From: a virus
Length of the DNA stretch: 5,983 nucleotides
Strand: one strand, 5' to 3'
IMG/VR virus record: IMGVR_UViG_3300030387_000005
Location: 1 to 5,983 of that record
Of this stretch, positions 5,769-5,983 are shown in pieces; position 1 is the stretch's first letter; every line of letters starts with the position of its first letter. Made by a program: the position numbers and the translations under genes. Under the pieces are notes generated by a model, which saw nothing but the letters and a program-made list of their open reading frames with translations, searched no databases and was not told the DNA's origin.

Positions 5769-5820
5769 AAAGTATAGCTATTTGATAGACTGAATAGACG
5801 GATACATGGAGTCTTTAGAC

Positions 5821-5860
5821 GACAAAAGCCCAGTACCTTACTTGATAGGTACTGGGCTAG
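5821..5860 (-). terminator. Rho-independent terminator downstream of the Rep stop. It marks the end of the operon that runs across the circular junction.
   Basis: A perfect 11-bp inverted repeat, GCCCAGTACCT (5828-5838) paired with AGGTACTGGGC (5847-5857), flanks an 8-nt loop. On the minus strand it is followed by TTTTGTCGTC. It lies 10 nt after the Rep TAA stop. Confidence 0.6.
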
Positions 5861-5869
5861 GTGACACTG

Positions 5870-5983
5870 TTAAAGTGTCCCCCTCTTCTTCATTTGCTTC
5901 TTTATCACTCTTTCTTTTGTCTTACATTGCTCTGCAAAGTCTGCATTTTCGTATTTAAGCCGGTTCTCTGCTATGGCTGCTGC
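5870..5983 (-). CDS. C-terminal end of the same VP4/Rep gene. Positions 5885-5983 duplicate 1-99, and the unique part, 5884..5870, encodes the last four residues RGTL plus a TAA stop.
   Basis: Position 5885 aligns with position 1, giving 99 nt of exact identity. Reading the minus strand from 5983 continues in frame through ...KKQMKK, then RGTL, then TAA at 5872..5870. Confidence 0.8.
   Translation of the reverse strand, partial: AAAIAENRLKYENADFAEQCKTKERVIKKQMKKRGTL
5885..5983. repeat. Terminal redundancy: an exact copy of positions 1-99. It indicates a circular genome of about 5,884 nt opened arbitrarily inside the Rep gene.
   Basis: Base-by-base identity of 5885-5983 with 1-99 was read directly from the sequence. 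Confidence 0.9.

Noticed and set aside
5839-5846. The phiX174-ori-like ACTTGATA taken as the definitive Rep nick site.
   Set aside because: The match is an 8-mer in a T/A-rich context and lies on the strand opposite the coding (presumed virion) strand. It is kept as a low-confidence hypothesis and not annotated as an origin.
5885-5983. The 99-nt terminal repeat considered as a biological DTR or ITR of a mobile element.
   Set aside because: Microviridae genomes are covalently closed circles. An exact direct repeat at both window ends that falls inside the Rep ORF is the standard signature of a circular contig printed with overlap. It is not a biological terminal repeat or an insertion-sequence end.

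Overview
The window is a complete, circularly permuted genome of a small ssDNA phage of the family Microviridae, resembling the Gokushovirinae. It is about 5,884 nt long, and the first 99 nt (1-99) recur at 5885-5983, which is an assembly signature of a circular molecule. The window shows the strand complementary to the coding (viral) strand, so every supported gene lies on the minus strand, and most neighbouring genes are linked by overlapping stop/start codons. In order of transcription (descending coordinates) the features are: a sigma70-type promoter at about 5302-5330; a 63-aa hypothetical protein; a peptidase M15 (putative cell-wall hydrolase); three small hypothetical proteins of 38, 73 and 79 aa; an unannotated 40-aa highly basic protein that looks like the J/VP8 DNA-binding protein; the internal scaffold VP3; the major capsid protein VP1 (560 aa, GTG start); the minor capsid/pilot protein VP2; the rolling-circle replication initiator VP4, which runs across the circular junction; and an intrinsic terminator at 5821-5860. 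The remaining ~490 nt (about 5331-5820) is a non-transcribed control region that is dense in structure. It holds nine or more copies of a GTTGAAA(G)T heptamer, one of which is the promoter -35 box. It also holds DnaA-box-like sites, short direct repeats, and a ~48-nt GC-rich tract of alternating purines and pyrimidines that can fold into a ~20-bp hairpin. That control region and the set of strongly translated small ORFs are the most novel-looking parts. No tRNA, CRISPR array or mobile element is evident.
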